Origin: Lepidodermella squamata
Taxonomy: Eukaryota > Animalia > Gastrotricha
Length of the DNA stretch: 64,000 nt
Assembly (NCBI GenBank): GCA_047495785.1
Contig: JBLDXI010000075.1
Coordinates: forward strand, 36,175 to 100,174
Direction: 5' to 3'
Position numbers and translations under genes: made by a program
Notes under the pieces: generated by a model
The model's input: the letters and a program-made list of their open reading frames with translations, nothing else
What the model was told of the DNA's origin: nothing
The model's database searches: none
Shown: positions 1-11,400 of the stretch, piece after piece
Numbering within the stretch: the stretch's first letter is position 1
Layout: every line of letters begins with the position of its first letter

Positions 1-1071
1 AACTTTTGATCTGTTTGCAAAAAGTGGCTCAATTGTTAAACCAGCGGCTAACATTATTCTAAGAATGTTCATCATCTTGCTGAACCAAGCAATTGATGTA
101 ATAATCGCGTGAATACTTAGTTGCCGTCGACGGTTTGATACGACTTGCTAATTTAGACATCTTCTGGATAGCGACCTTTTCGAAACGTGCTAGAAAGCAT
201 CGTTGCGAACGTAGAGCAGAGTGCATGATTATGTTGATGATTGTACAATTAGCATTGACCTCTCCCCCTCATAAGTTTGAAATGCATGTTCGAAGATTGT
301 CCCTGAGTTCGACTGAGCTAGTGCAATCTAGCACGCAATAATGAAGGCAATAATGCACATTTCAAATATCAAGGATATAGAGGTTTAATGCGAGTTTGAT
401 CAAAGCGAGTAGATTTTACAGTCTCTCTCAGGCACGCGTTATCGTAAAGGAAGTGACAAATCTTTGGATGCTAGGTATCCTGAAAACATAAATGTAAGTA
501 GCTAGTAAGTGACCTAGAAGGCGACTTCAAGCGGTTCACATGCTAAATTATACCATATTCGAGCCCGTTTGGATGTAATACAATTCTCAACAAGCTAAAA
601 CTATGTTTTTCCTCTTTTTATCCACAGCTGATATCGCCTTGATCCCGATGTACCCAGCTCGTGTTACATCGTTTTATGCCAACCGGATGGAGAAGCTAAC
701 GAAGCGTTTGGTTATCGAAGAAATTTTTATGATACAGCTTCAACATCTTTATGGTTGAATAGAGCGTGAGCTAGTGCCTTTAATGGCCACGGCTCGTCTA
801 TAGCCGATGAAAACTGTCGTTATAACGCCTAGATACAGTGAGGGCTAAAATTCGTAAATTTCCTTAAAAGTGTGCTAAAGGAGGAAATTTAAATTGTAAA
901 TTCGAATGATTTCGGCAGTATTGCATATGCAAGAGTGTCCAGTCTCTTATTATTTGTCTATGATTGAATATTAAAACACAAGAGTGGTTATTCGCAAACC
1001 GATTCGCAATTTGTTTGGCCACCCGTAATAAATGGTTTGTGGCTCGGCCCGTTGTCGGTATGTCAAAAAGA

Positions 1072-1145
1072 AGGTTCCGGCGGGGTTCGAACCCGCGACC
1101 TTCTGCGTGTAAAGCAGACGTGATGAACCACTACACAACGGAACC
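1072..1145 (-). tRNA. tRNA-Val(TAC)
   Basis: Reverse complement GGTTCCGTTGTGTAGTGG...TCTGC-TTTACAC-GCAGA...GGTTCGAACCC forms a cloverleaf; anticodon TAC. Confidence 0.9.
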
Positions 1146-1210
1146 TGTTCATTCTAGAGACCAAAAAGAGGTCTTTGAAGTTCGCTAAAATTAGTTACAG
1201 CTTCAAAAAT

Positions 1211-1282
1211 TGGAGATGCCGGGGTTCGAACCCGGGACATCTTACATGCAAAGCAAGCGCTCTACCACTGAGCTACATCCCC
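1211..1282 (-). tRNA. tRNA-Ala(TGC)
   Basis: GGGGATGTAGCTCAGTGGTAGAGC...TTTGCAT...GGTTCGAACCCCGGCATCTCCA followed by a T-run. Confidence 0.95.
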
Positions 1283-1328
1283 ACATGACTTCAAAAAGCT
1301 TTGATCCTCTTTTAATGGCAACGGAACC

Positions 1329-2954
1329 TTGCCGTGCGACTTAAGAATTCGAGAATTCGACTTACTTGCCGAAACTTTCTCCGAAGTTCTGAAAGGCCCA
1401 CCAGCTACGTCGACCAAGCCAGAAGATGTCAAATTCTGGAATGAAACAGATGCTGCAATGGCCAGTGATGAAACGATGAAACCTTTTCCGACAGTGCCCC
1501 GAAATCAGTCTATAAAAGTTCCAAAATGGGCGGTAAAGCAAATGCTCAGGCAGCTGAAATGGAAGGCCCCTGGTCATGACAATGTCTCAAATATCTTGCT
1601 CAAGAAAGGCGGCTCAGCTCTGGTAGGCCATCTAAGGTATCTCTACAAAGTGAGTTTGAACTCCGGGTATGTACCCCGTGCTTGGAAAATCGCGATTATA
1701 GTGCCCATACTCAAAGAGGGGAAGGATTCACGTTTGCCAGACTCTTACCGACCGGTGTCCCTTCTGCCATCACTCGGCAAAGGGCTCGAAGTAATCGTAG
1801 CGAAATTTCTCTATCGTTTTCTCGAAATAAACAAATTGCTTCCATCCCACCAGTATGGTTTCAGGTCTCTTAGGTCAACCATCGACCCTGTGTTCCGGTT
1901 CATCAGCGACATCGGTCTAGCCATATCAAAACGGCAAAAGCTGGTCGCTATTCTCTTGGATTTCAAGGCTGCATTTGATGTTATATGGCATAACGGCTTG
2001 CGGCTAAAACTAAAACAATCAGGTTTGCCGATTCCATTGGTAAGATGGATTTCGGACTTCTTAAGAGAACGCTCGTTTCAAGTAAGGGTTGGCAGCAGTC
2101 TAAGTGCAAGCAGAGATATTTTTTGCGGCGTACCGCAGGGGTCGCCTTTCGCCTTTATCACCTCTACTTTTTATCTTTTATGCCATGGACATTCAGCCAA
2201 AAGGTTCCTCGCCGCAAGACGCCACCAGATCTGTCGCAAAAGGCACATTTGCTGACGACTCCCTAATCTGTGCCTTCGGCTCCTCGATTGCAGCCAGCGT
2301 CGCGAGGCTAAGAAAGCGCCTACGCTCAATCGAAGTGTGGTGCAACAAATGGCGGCTTCGCTTAAGCCCGGGAAAGTGTGAAGTGATCGTCTTCGGTAGA
2401 TATGGCAACTCGCCTCCTGAAGTACGCTTTGAGCTATATGTCCAGCCCCTGCCTCAGGTCAACCGCGCACGCTACCTCGGGATTTACCTCACACCCCAGC
2501 TAAGTTGGAATTACCATCTTGAAATAATTGCCTCAAAACTGAAGCCTCCCTTGGCGCCCTCTACGCCCTGGCCAAGCGGCATGTTTTGCCTAAAAACCTT
2601 TGTGTGCTCTTTTATAAAACAGTCCTGGAGTCCTTGGTTGCCTATGGAGCCCCTGCCCTTCGTTGCCTTGCGCCCTCCTCGGTTGGAAAACTGTTGGAAA
2701 TCCAAGCCCACTGCCTTCGAGCCTTGTTTGATCTGCCCTTCGAAACGGAAGTAATTGACGTCATCGCTTACGCCGGAGTCGACTCCATTGAGGATGTCTT
2801 CCTTGGTGCCTTCAAACGATATGGCGAACGCTGCTTAGCAGCAGGTCTAGATACGGCGGACTACATCAACTACGTCTGCGGTATCCGCCGAACGTCAGAA
2901 GACGCTCGCAAAGTACTAGCCGATAAGTGCCCAGCTTGGCCGAGAGCGCCGTAA
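1329..2954 (+). mobile_element. 5'-truncated, frameshifted non-LTR retrotransposon reverse transcriptase (Jockey/I-like)
   Basis: Motifs KAPGHD, YRPVSLL, QYGFR, LDFKAAFD, GVPQGS, FADD, RYLG split over three frames (1329, 2104, 2586); no endonuclease domain. Confidence 0.9.
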
Positions 2955-3026
2955 CAGGCGGTGGTAGTAAAATAAAATCAGGAATATGCCAACCTTTTCG
3001 AAGCTGGAAAAATGCTGCACGAGTTT

Positions 3027-3079
3027 CCCGCGACCTTCTCCGTGTGAAGGAGACGTGATAACCACTACACTACGGAACC
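3027..3079 (-). pseudogene. 3'-truncated tRNA-Val(CAC)
   Basis: 5' acceptor strand, D-arm and anticodon arm (TTCACAC) present; homology stops before the TTCGA T-loop. Confidence 0.85.
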
Positions 3080-3223
3080 TAGATGCTAAATAGTGTTGGC
3101 GTCAAACACTAGTTTAAATGCAGGATCATCTGCCAAGCGATAGAAAAATCACACTACGGAACCTGTGTGATAGCAGAGCCACTCTAAAAGAAACTTGCGT
3201 CGTCCTCAAGGCCATAGTAAAAG

Positions 3224-3295
3224 TTCCCTGACCGGGAATCGAACCCGGGCCGCCGCGGTGAGAACGCGGAATCCTAACCACTAGACCATCAGGGA
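3224..3295 (-). tRNA. tRNA-Glu(CTC)
   Basis: TCCCTGATGGTCTAGTGG...CCGCG-TTCTCAC-CGCGG...GGTTCGATTCCCGGTCAGGGAA. Confidence 0.95.
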
Positions 3296-3365
3296 GGTTG
3301 AAGATGTAATATAATTGAGACGGGACTATCCTTGAGAATTAGGTCCCCGTTGATAAAAATGAAGC

Positions 3366-3439
3366 TGCCCCCTGTGAGGATCGAACTCACGACCTCCAGA
3401 TTATGAGACTGGCGCTCTAGCCAACTGAGCCAAGGAGGC
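3366..3439 (-). tRNA. tRNA-Met(CAT), elongator type
   Basis: GCCTCCTTGGCTCAGTTGG...CTCATAA...GTTCGATCC...GGGGGCA; same sequence as the copy at 20762. Confidence 0.93.
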
Positions 3440-3550
3440 GCTTGTGGTCCCTCTTGACTCTATTCTTATCGCTGAAGCGAAAATAGAATGGCTGACGTTG
3501 GAAGAAGACGGTGATTGACGAGCCAGTATGTTTAGACTAATTATCATTGG

Positions 3551-3626
3551 CGAACCAGATGGGGCATGTGTATCGAACCTACAATTCCTGGCTTCAAGGC
3601 CGACGCCATTCATCATTAGGCTGGGG
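3551..3626 (-). pseudogene. Degenerate tRNA-Arg(CCG) copy
   Basis: Aligns by eye, with indels and substitutions, to the reverse complement of the Arg genes at 19827 and 26216. Confidence 0.65.
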
Positions 3627-3899
3627 CAATCTTTCTCCCTTAGTCATGTTCAAAGGTTTCTTGCTTATTCTTTAACAGTGGCTACCTGGATCTTTCCAGT
3701 CAATCAGCTTGACGGCAAGCAGTTTGCCAACTCAAGACGCGAACTGCATTAAAAAACCCGCAAAATTAGAGAATCTTGGAAAACGAAAGCGACTGGTTTC
3801 GAGCAAACTGGTGAATGTATCACGGATGTTGAAATAAAAAATTCCTCCCTAAAGTACTGCCGAGCACGCACGCTATGAATATATAGAGAAATCCGAAGC

Positions 3900-5660
3900 A
3901 TGAGCTCCAGGAACGCGTTAGTCATACTCGCTATTACAGGTTTGCTTTCGTTATAAATCTGTTTTGGATATAAAGCTTTTCTGACATTTTTTACAGCTTG
4001 CATGCGCTACATTGCTGGCGACATCGGGGACGACGATGAAATCGCAGATTCATACAAACCACTCACAAACACCACCGTAACTGGGGTCATGGCTAATTAC
4101 ACTCTCGATTTCTATCCATTGGTCGAGACAGAAGAACTTACTAAAGCAAGCCTACTAGCTGTTGGTTGGCCACTAAGCAAATTTTATGGTCCATTCGACT
4201 TCCCGCCGAGGCTAAACCAGCCCAAAACTGACAAAACACCTGTTGCAAAAGTTCGGCTTTCGAGCCAAGCGAAATCCCTGTCACTGTTCTACTTCATTAA
4301 CGCGCCTGAGACAAACTCAAATACTGCTAAAATGCTACTTGACTTCGGCGTGAGCTCAGTACAAGTTAAGAATGGCACGCTGTTCGCGCTGCTTGGTAGA
4401 GGGGTGACGATTTATTTATCGAGGATTGTTTCAAACGGATGGAACTTCGTAGTCTTCAAAATTTACGATGGAATGATGGATAAGCTGGACAGCCGTGTGA
4501 GTATTTACCAAGACACTGCTTGTTTGACGAGTTACAACAGCAAGTTCCTTTACTTGTCAGAAGAAAACGTGGCACTGATTCACTGCAACTGCCGAACATT
4601 GGGGAAGTGCGATTTGAAAAGAGGTTACATAGGTCCAGCACCCGATCAACTGATTGGATTCTGGCCGCTCAACGGAGAAAATCTCGCGAACGAATTTGCT
4701 TACAAAGAGGAGCCTTTTTACATCAACCCCGCTGTTCAAGTGACTTTGGATGAGCCTGGTCCTAATGGGAAAGGTTCTACTTCAATCTCAGTGGAAAGAA
4801 GCATTACGGGCGCCATTTTATCATTCTGTCTTGCTGGACGCGTGGACTTATCCATGGGCTACACTTTGAGCTTCTTCTACCGCATAATGGCTCATCGGGG
4901 GCTTAGTTCGTTGAAGATCTCATTTGTAGCCCCGGTAGCCAACTCGTCGCTAGAGTTTACATACTACAGCGAAATCGGAAAGATGGATTTCGCACTGAGT
5001 TCACCGCAAGGGGTTGAAAATGGGTCTGCAGCCGTTCCAATACCAGGCACTGAATGGATTTTTTTCGCCATCGTTCACGACTCTCAGCGCTTTGGGCTGT
5101 ACAGCCAATTCAGCGTAGGAAAGTTAAAGTACATGGAAGAAGGAAATCCTGTTCATATTGACTTTCCAACAAATTCCGAAATATTAATGACGATTTCAGG
5201 GCAATTTATTCCCGGCGATTTAGTATCATGCGTTCAGTTGCACAACACGGTACTCGTCAAAACAGAAGTTGAATTACTAACATGTGTTTGCCGTGAAAAT
5301 GGGCTATGTAAAGAAGCCGCAGACCTGAATCGCCCGGTTGAGGATAATTATGATATCAAGCAGAGGAAAAGAGAACTTGGTATGAATGTTAAACGGCCAA
5401 ACTCAGCGGCGAGCTGTTCTCACGCCATTGCGCCAATGCCTGGGGGAGAAATCGTGGCTACGACAAGATTCCAGCAAATCACTATCACACCGCTTTCTGA
5501 AGTTAGTAATACCATGGGATTAACCTCAACTGAGTCCAATCCTCTGACGATTCCGCAGGAAACAACCGCGGGAAACTACGCTACGGCTCAGAAGGGTTCC
5601 AAATACGTCACATCTGCTGGTATCTTAACTCTGATTCTTAGAAGATTTGTCTCAGAGTAA
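3900..5660 (+). CDS. Secreted LamG/concanavalin A-like (pentraxin-like) domain protein
   Basis: Predicted exon 3900-3939 and intron 3940-3996 give signal peptide MSSRNALVILAITACMRYIAG; two GxWPL-initiated beta-rich repeats, WxFFAIVHD motif, S/T-rich tail; 3' end uncertain. Confidence 0.55.
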
Positions 5661-6397
5661 AATATGAAACCAACAATTTCAGAATAACGAAAGGAAATCG
5701 CAATTACCTAAATCTTTGACTCCCGACCACCCAATTGATCCAAATATCTACATTTCGTCATTTTAAAGCCACCGACGTTGCTTTTTCCAAATTCAAGCCC
5801 AGATCTGGAGAAACAATTCAAAAATGTAAAGAAAACAGCAAAGTTAAAGCAATAAGCAGATGTCCACTCTTAATAGCTTAGAACAAAAGCATCTGTGCCA
5901 TGACGATTTCTGGCTTCAGCCTGTCTCGATCTGGCATTGGGCTGCCTAGGCAGCTGAAAAGCTCCTCAGCTTCGGATGAGTCACAAAGCTTTGGGCAAGG
6001 CAGTGCAAAAAAGCGGGGGTGAATTAATTGTAAGTGATAAGTATTTAGGGGCGGGTCGGAGGAAATGACCCCTACCCAACTGACAAAAGTAAAAAGACAA
6101 CCGAAATGACTCACATTGATTGATTGACCCATTTAGCCCACCCATTCTCATGTCTGGCAAGACATCAATTATAGCACCTTAGTTATGTTTGCACTAGCAT
6201 ATTGTATATATGAGCACCGCTGTCCATGATAAGCAGTACCGGAGATACTGATTAGCCCAGTATTAGACATGTATGAAATGGTATAAGTTGGTATACAAGT
6301 GGATCTAATTATGATAGTTATTCATCGCTCAATGCGGTCTGCGATCAAGCAGAATTTGTATATGTAACAGACATTTTGCGACCTGTTCATCGTAATA

Positions 6398-8273
6398 ATG
6401 AATGTGACCGCCCGTCGCTTACTATCATTCAAACCGTTACCATGGTTTATATGCTTCGTTCTGATTATCTACATCGCCATCCGCGACTGCTCGGTCTCCC
6501 ATCAATCAGCACAGAGAGTTCCCTTGGAAATGTATTCCACCCTAGCGAATATGACGACTTCGGATGTGCCTCGAGGCAATGAGGAAATGGAAACTTTCAA
6601 GAGGCTCATCAAATCGAGTTCTAGCGCAATGGCGAGACTGAGGGAAGTGTGGAAAATATCCTCAGAGGTTATATTCAAAATCGAAAAGCAGTTCAAAATA
6701 TCACATTGTCTATACAAAGAATCCCTACTCGGCTATTTACGTCATAACAAGCGAATTATGCCGTAAGGGAGAATCAATTTGGATAACTTGAATTTCATAG
6801 ATTCCTTTTAGGTGGCACGATACAATCAAAGTTGCTGTGTTCAACCACGATGTGACTACAGTGGCGCAAGTATTGAGAATAGCAGCTCATTTTGAACAAG
6901 CGATCAAGGGTTTGGACGGATATGGCTGCCACTATGACTCTGATACTTACAGGATACGAATCTTTGGCACGTTGCCCGGTAATTCTGAGCCAATCGAGGG
7001 CGAGAAGTGGCGCTGGCCTTATGTGGAAATTCAAGTTTTCAGAGATCATTTCACAGATTCTGGCCGTTTGCGAGAGATTGAGAACCCGTCGACCCCGGAT
7101 TACTGGGTAAGACAATGTTGCCTACTATTGATTAAAACCAGCTGTTTTGTTTTAGTATTCCGCAGATCTGATATATCCTCTCGAAGAGGTCGTTTTCGAA
7201 GGATCACGAGCTAAGGTGCCGAAGCAGATAATGGATGTAGTAGTGCTAGACTTTAATCCTAAATGGTGTGAAACCGCGATTCTCGTGTCAAGAAACAACA
7301 CTCATATCGAAAGATACGATTACGCATTGGTGAAATGCGAAGAGATGGAAAGCTTCGTGGAATTCAGCCTTGATTTCAAAGAAGTGGACAGGTACTACAG
7401 CTCACGAGTTAATCGTTCATGCGATACGCACCCGGACGATCCAGCTCTGTGTTTCTTCGAGCCCCAGGTAACCGAGAGGCAGAAAATCGAAATAGCCAGC
7501 CTTTTTCGAGCTTGCTACGAGGCCGTTAAAAGCATTGAAGAGGACGCAGATCATCTCTTATATTCTGGATCTCTGATCGGCTTCTGGAGACACGGTGGTC
7601 ACATGATTCCGTAAGAATCCTTTCTTAATTCCTGTCAGATGTATCGCTATTTTTCATCATCAGGTGGGACGACGATCACGACATAGCGGTGATCCCGCGA
7701 TCGAACCCAGCAAAATCCGACGACTACTACGCCCAAAAAATGATAGATGCTATGAAAACATATGACGGGAAATACTCCATGTATTTCGATGATTCAAGTT
7801 CGAAGATGAAGTGTTATTTGAATGACGAGAATTCGTTAGCTGTTCCTGCACTTCGTTCCTACCGCGTTCCATGGCGGTGGCCGTTTGTTGATATCAACAT
7901 TATGGAGACGCGTTTCTCGAATAGGACCGGTAAGCTGCTCAAAGTCAGTGAGAAAGGCGGTTTTGATAATTTTAAGGTAAGTTTTTACTCTCTAACTGGC
8001 AATTTAATTGATTTTTCCCGTTTTTTCCGCCAGTATATGGCTAAATGGATTTTCCCAACGGTAAAGGCGATATTCGAAGGCATTGAAGTTAATGTCCCGA
8101 ATGACATGGAGTCATTTTTGGGACAGACTTACACGATCGAAGATTGTGTGGCACCATACTACAGCCATCGTATCGAATATGCGGTCGACCACGGAGACCT
8201 CGATAACAATCATGGATTTCTCAGTAGACCTTGTTCTGACTTGATACATATGTATAACCTTACAAACATATAG
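6398..8273 (+). CDS. LicD/fukutin-family nucleotidyltransferase-fold protein with two tandem LicD domains (type II membrane)
   Basis: N-terminal TM; GSLIGFWRHGGHMIP-WDDDHDI motif; introns 6763-6811, 7107-7155, 7611-7663, 7977-8033 splice in frame. Confidence 0.85.
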
Positions 8274-8412
8274 AGCTTTAACCCCGTTGAATGTGCAGCT
8301 ATATCCAATCTGGTATATTTTTCATTTCAAAAGAAGCGAACAATCACTGGAAACAGACAATAAAATGTATCGTGACTTTCAATGTATTTTGAGATCGATA
8401 ATAAGAGAGACA

Positions 8413-11400
8413 TCACAGATTAGTTTCAATTTCATTTTCGCCAACTCCACCTATTGCATCGCCACTGCTGCTGGCCGGGGAAGTTGCAATGTAAGTCGTG
8501 GTCGTTGCGAAAGAAACGCTTCTCGTCATTAAAGCCTGGTGACTGCCAGCTCCAGAACTGCCGTGACCTTCACGCTTGACTAAACACCCGCTACTACTGG
8601 TGGCTGTGCTGTTCGCGGATCCGTTGCCTGCCTTCGTCCTGTAACCGCCATTGCCATTCAACTGCCCGCTACCGTATGTCGCCTCTCCGTTTTCACCTCC
8701 AGATTTCGAAACCACAGATAGGGATTGAGGCTTGCGGGAAACATTATGGTGATGGCTTTGAGAAGCTCGATGGTGCACGCCGTTGCTATTGTGAGACGGG
8801 CTTATTTCTTGCGGATAATTGTGCGGTGAATGTGCGTGACAGTGACTATTTTTCAAGCTCGGACGACTCTTCAACAAAGGTTCGGAATCTTCTTCATCAT
8901 CGTGTTTTTGGGCTCCGTTCGGGACATAGCCTGTTGTGCTGATTGAGTGCAAAATTGAAGGAGGTGATGGCAAGGCTCTGTGATAAAAAATGAAAGGTGT
9001 CAAAAATAAACAGATTGGATTTCAAGGGGTAAATCTTCCATCTCGATGTCGAAAGACTCAGATTCTTTCAGTTGACAGTAAGAATCTCGTTGTCTTAGAT
9101 TCAAAACAAATATTCGAAACCAAGCAACATTTTAGGAAAAGTCTGACTTACGGTTTGCTAGGAGTCATAATTTGCTTTGTCGGAGTAGATTTCACAGATT
9201 TCAAAGGGATATTAGGATTGCCAACTATGGGTGACTTGAAATTGACAACTGGCGAGTCAGCTGGATTATCGGGGCCAAAAGTCGTCTCTCGCTTTAGAGG
9301 TGTCCCAGTGAATAAATGGGCCCTAAAACCAAACGCTTTTAAATGCAGACATTGACTCGAAGAAAATCTTACTCGAAAACCCGAAGTTGATTTCTAGCCC
9401 GTCGCAATTGCGCCTTCAAAAATTCGTGCTGAAACTGGCAGGCATGGCTGGTACACGGCTTTTCCGACTGAAGCTTCCAAATCGCACCCGCAACGGTGTC
9501 TTTGAAGCTCAGAGATGCTCCCATGCTCTGGAAAAGAAAGTTAATTATTAATTGGCTAGAGATTGCAAAGCGATGATATATTAAGTGCAAAAACCAAAAT
9601 CTTGTGAGTTCTGAAAAGTGAGGTTCTGGGTGTTTGCTGAACTAGAATCGTGAGTAACACAAATTATATTTAGGTTACGCCTTACCCGTTGTCTCATTTT
9701 GAGACGGTGAGATAAATCCTAAATTCGATCATGGGAGGGTTTATTTCCGACAAAATTCGGACCTCAGAAAAATGACTTACAAGTGAAATTAATCCGCATA
9801 GACCGCATTTGTCTACTTTGCGAAGTTGCCGCCTTCCATATCTCACGTAAAGGTGTTCGAATAGCAGGAAGAATGAGCAAGCTACCAGGCCAACGACCAA
9901 CATGATGAAAGCTGAGGTGAAATTGAGAATCCCCAGCTCTTGGCTTTGGGTCGACTCCTGTTTTTGCCTTTCTTTGCAAGCTCCGGTTAACCAAAATTCT
10001 TGCAGTTGCTGTAGATACCCAGTATGTTGGTAGTCTATTATGAATTTGTTGATGACTGGTAGCCATTTCGAGCCTTTGGGGAAGGCGATTCCGTAACCAG
10101 TCATCGCATACCATTTACCAACAGTCCTTAACCGGCATTCCTTATCTCGTCCGGCTTTATATTCAAGGACGGTGGCGTCGTAGATGAAAGCATCAAGATC
10201 TCTGGATGTGTAGAGCATAGATTCAAGAACTTTCATCCTAAAAGGCATACCCTTTCTTAACAGCCCACATCCCATCATCGGCTGTGCTTCTGTTGTAAAT
10301 CCGCATGTATTCATACATATCAGGAAAATTGTGCTTGATAATAGCTTCTGTTGCCCCAGAAGGAATTGTTGCAAATTTCCAGGGAGGGTTTTTCGAAAAA
10401 GGATTCTTCAAGCGGAGATCATCGATTCCAGTAAAGTCGTAGAAGTCTTCTTTGGTAATCATGAAAGCAGCGAGCTGAAATGGACCAAGTCTCAAACTGG
10501 CATTTTCCGAATGGGTAAACTTACATTGGCCATGTAGCTACTCATAAAAATGACGCAGAATACACCCCAGAAGCTAGCCATTAGCCGAGCGCCGATACCA
10601 CGTGGAATATCGACCTTGACAGCGGCTTTGAACAACATGGCCCATACCAGCCAAAGTGATCGAAAAAGCGAGAACTTGTGAGCTGTATAAGCAGATAAGT
10701 AACAAAGGAGTGACAACTGTTTGACCCAGATTAGAACTCAAAGCTAGAAGCTAAAATGAAAGAAATTTGTCTCACTACCAGACCAGACATGGGGGATGAG
10801 TTGAGGAAAATAAAACCGAGAATTTGGATTTATCGAGTTGAACCAAACAAACCTCTCATCACTATCATTCCGTTGCGAAGCATCAACATTTTAGTAATTT
10901 TTCATCAAGTGAAAAAACTTCACATTAAAGCTGATGATGAGTGTTAACATACTGATCGCTGAAGCTTGACCACGATCTAGTCCACGGGGGCTGAAATACT
11001 CGAACAAAAAGCATGATATGGCGCTGGCGTTGACGCATCCTATCAGTACAACCACCCAGGCACCAATTGAGAATGGCTCCAAGAATGCAACTGGAGAGAT
11101 TACTCCTTCCCTGACTCGAACAAGAATCGTAATTCCTACAATAAAGAAGTAGTTTTGAAATCACACATAAGTCATGAAGAGTTTACCAGTCTCAAGGAAG
11201 GGAATCGAGAAGTCAATAGCAGTACTTCGCTCCTTTGAAATTTTCAGAGATGTAACAACCATATCGGCATGGCCTTCCAGCAAAGCTTCGACTAATCCGT
11301 TCCACTTGCCAGTGTTTCGATCGATCGCTCCCCATTTACGATCATGGACTTCGTAGAGCTCGAAACGAAACCCAATATCGGTCGAAAGACGGCGTAGTAG

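Noticed and set aside
1-960. Possible coding sequence at the window start
   Set aside because: Only short ORFs without recognisable motifs
964-1188. Short ORFs overlapping tRNA genes (also 12311, 19984, 26194)
   Set aside because: Spurious translations of tRNA sequence
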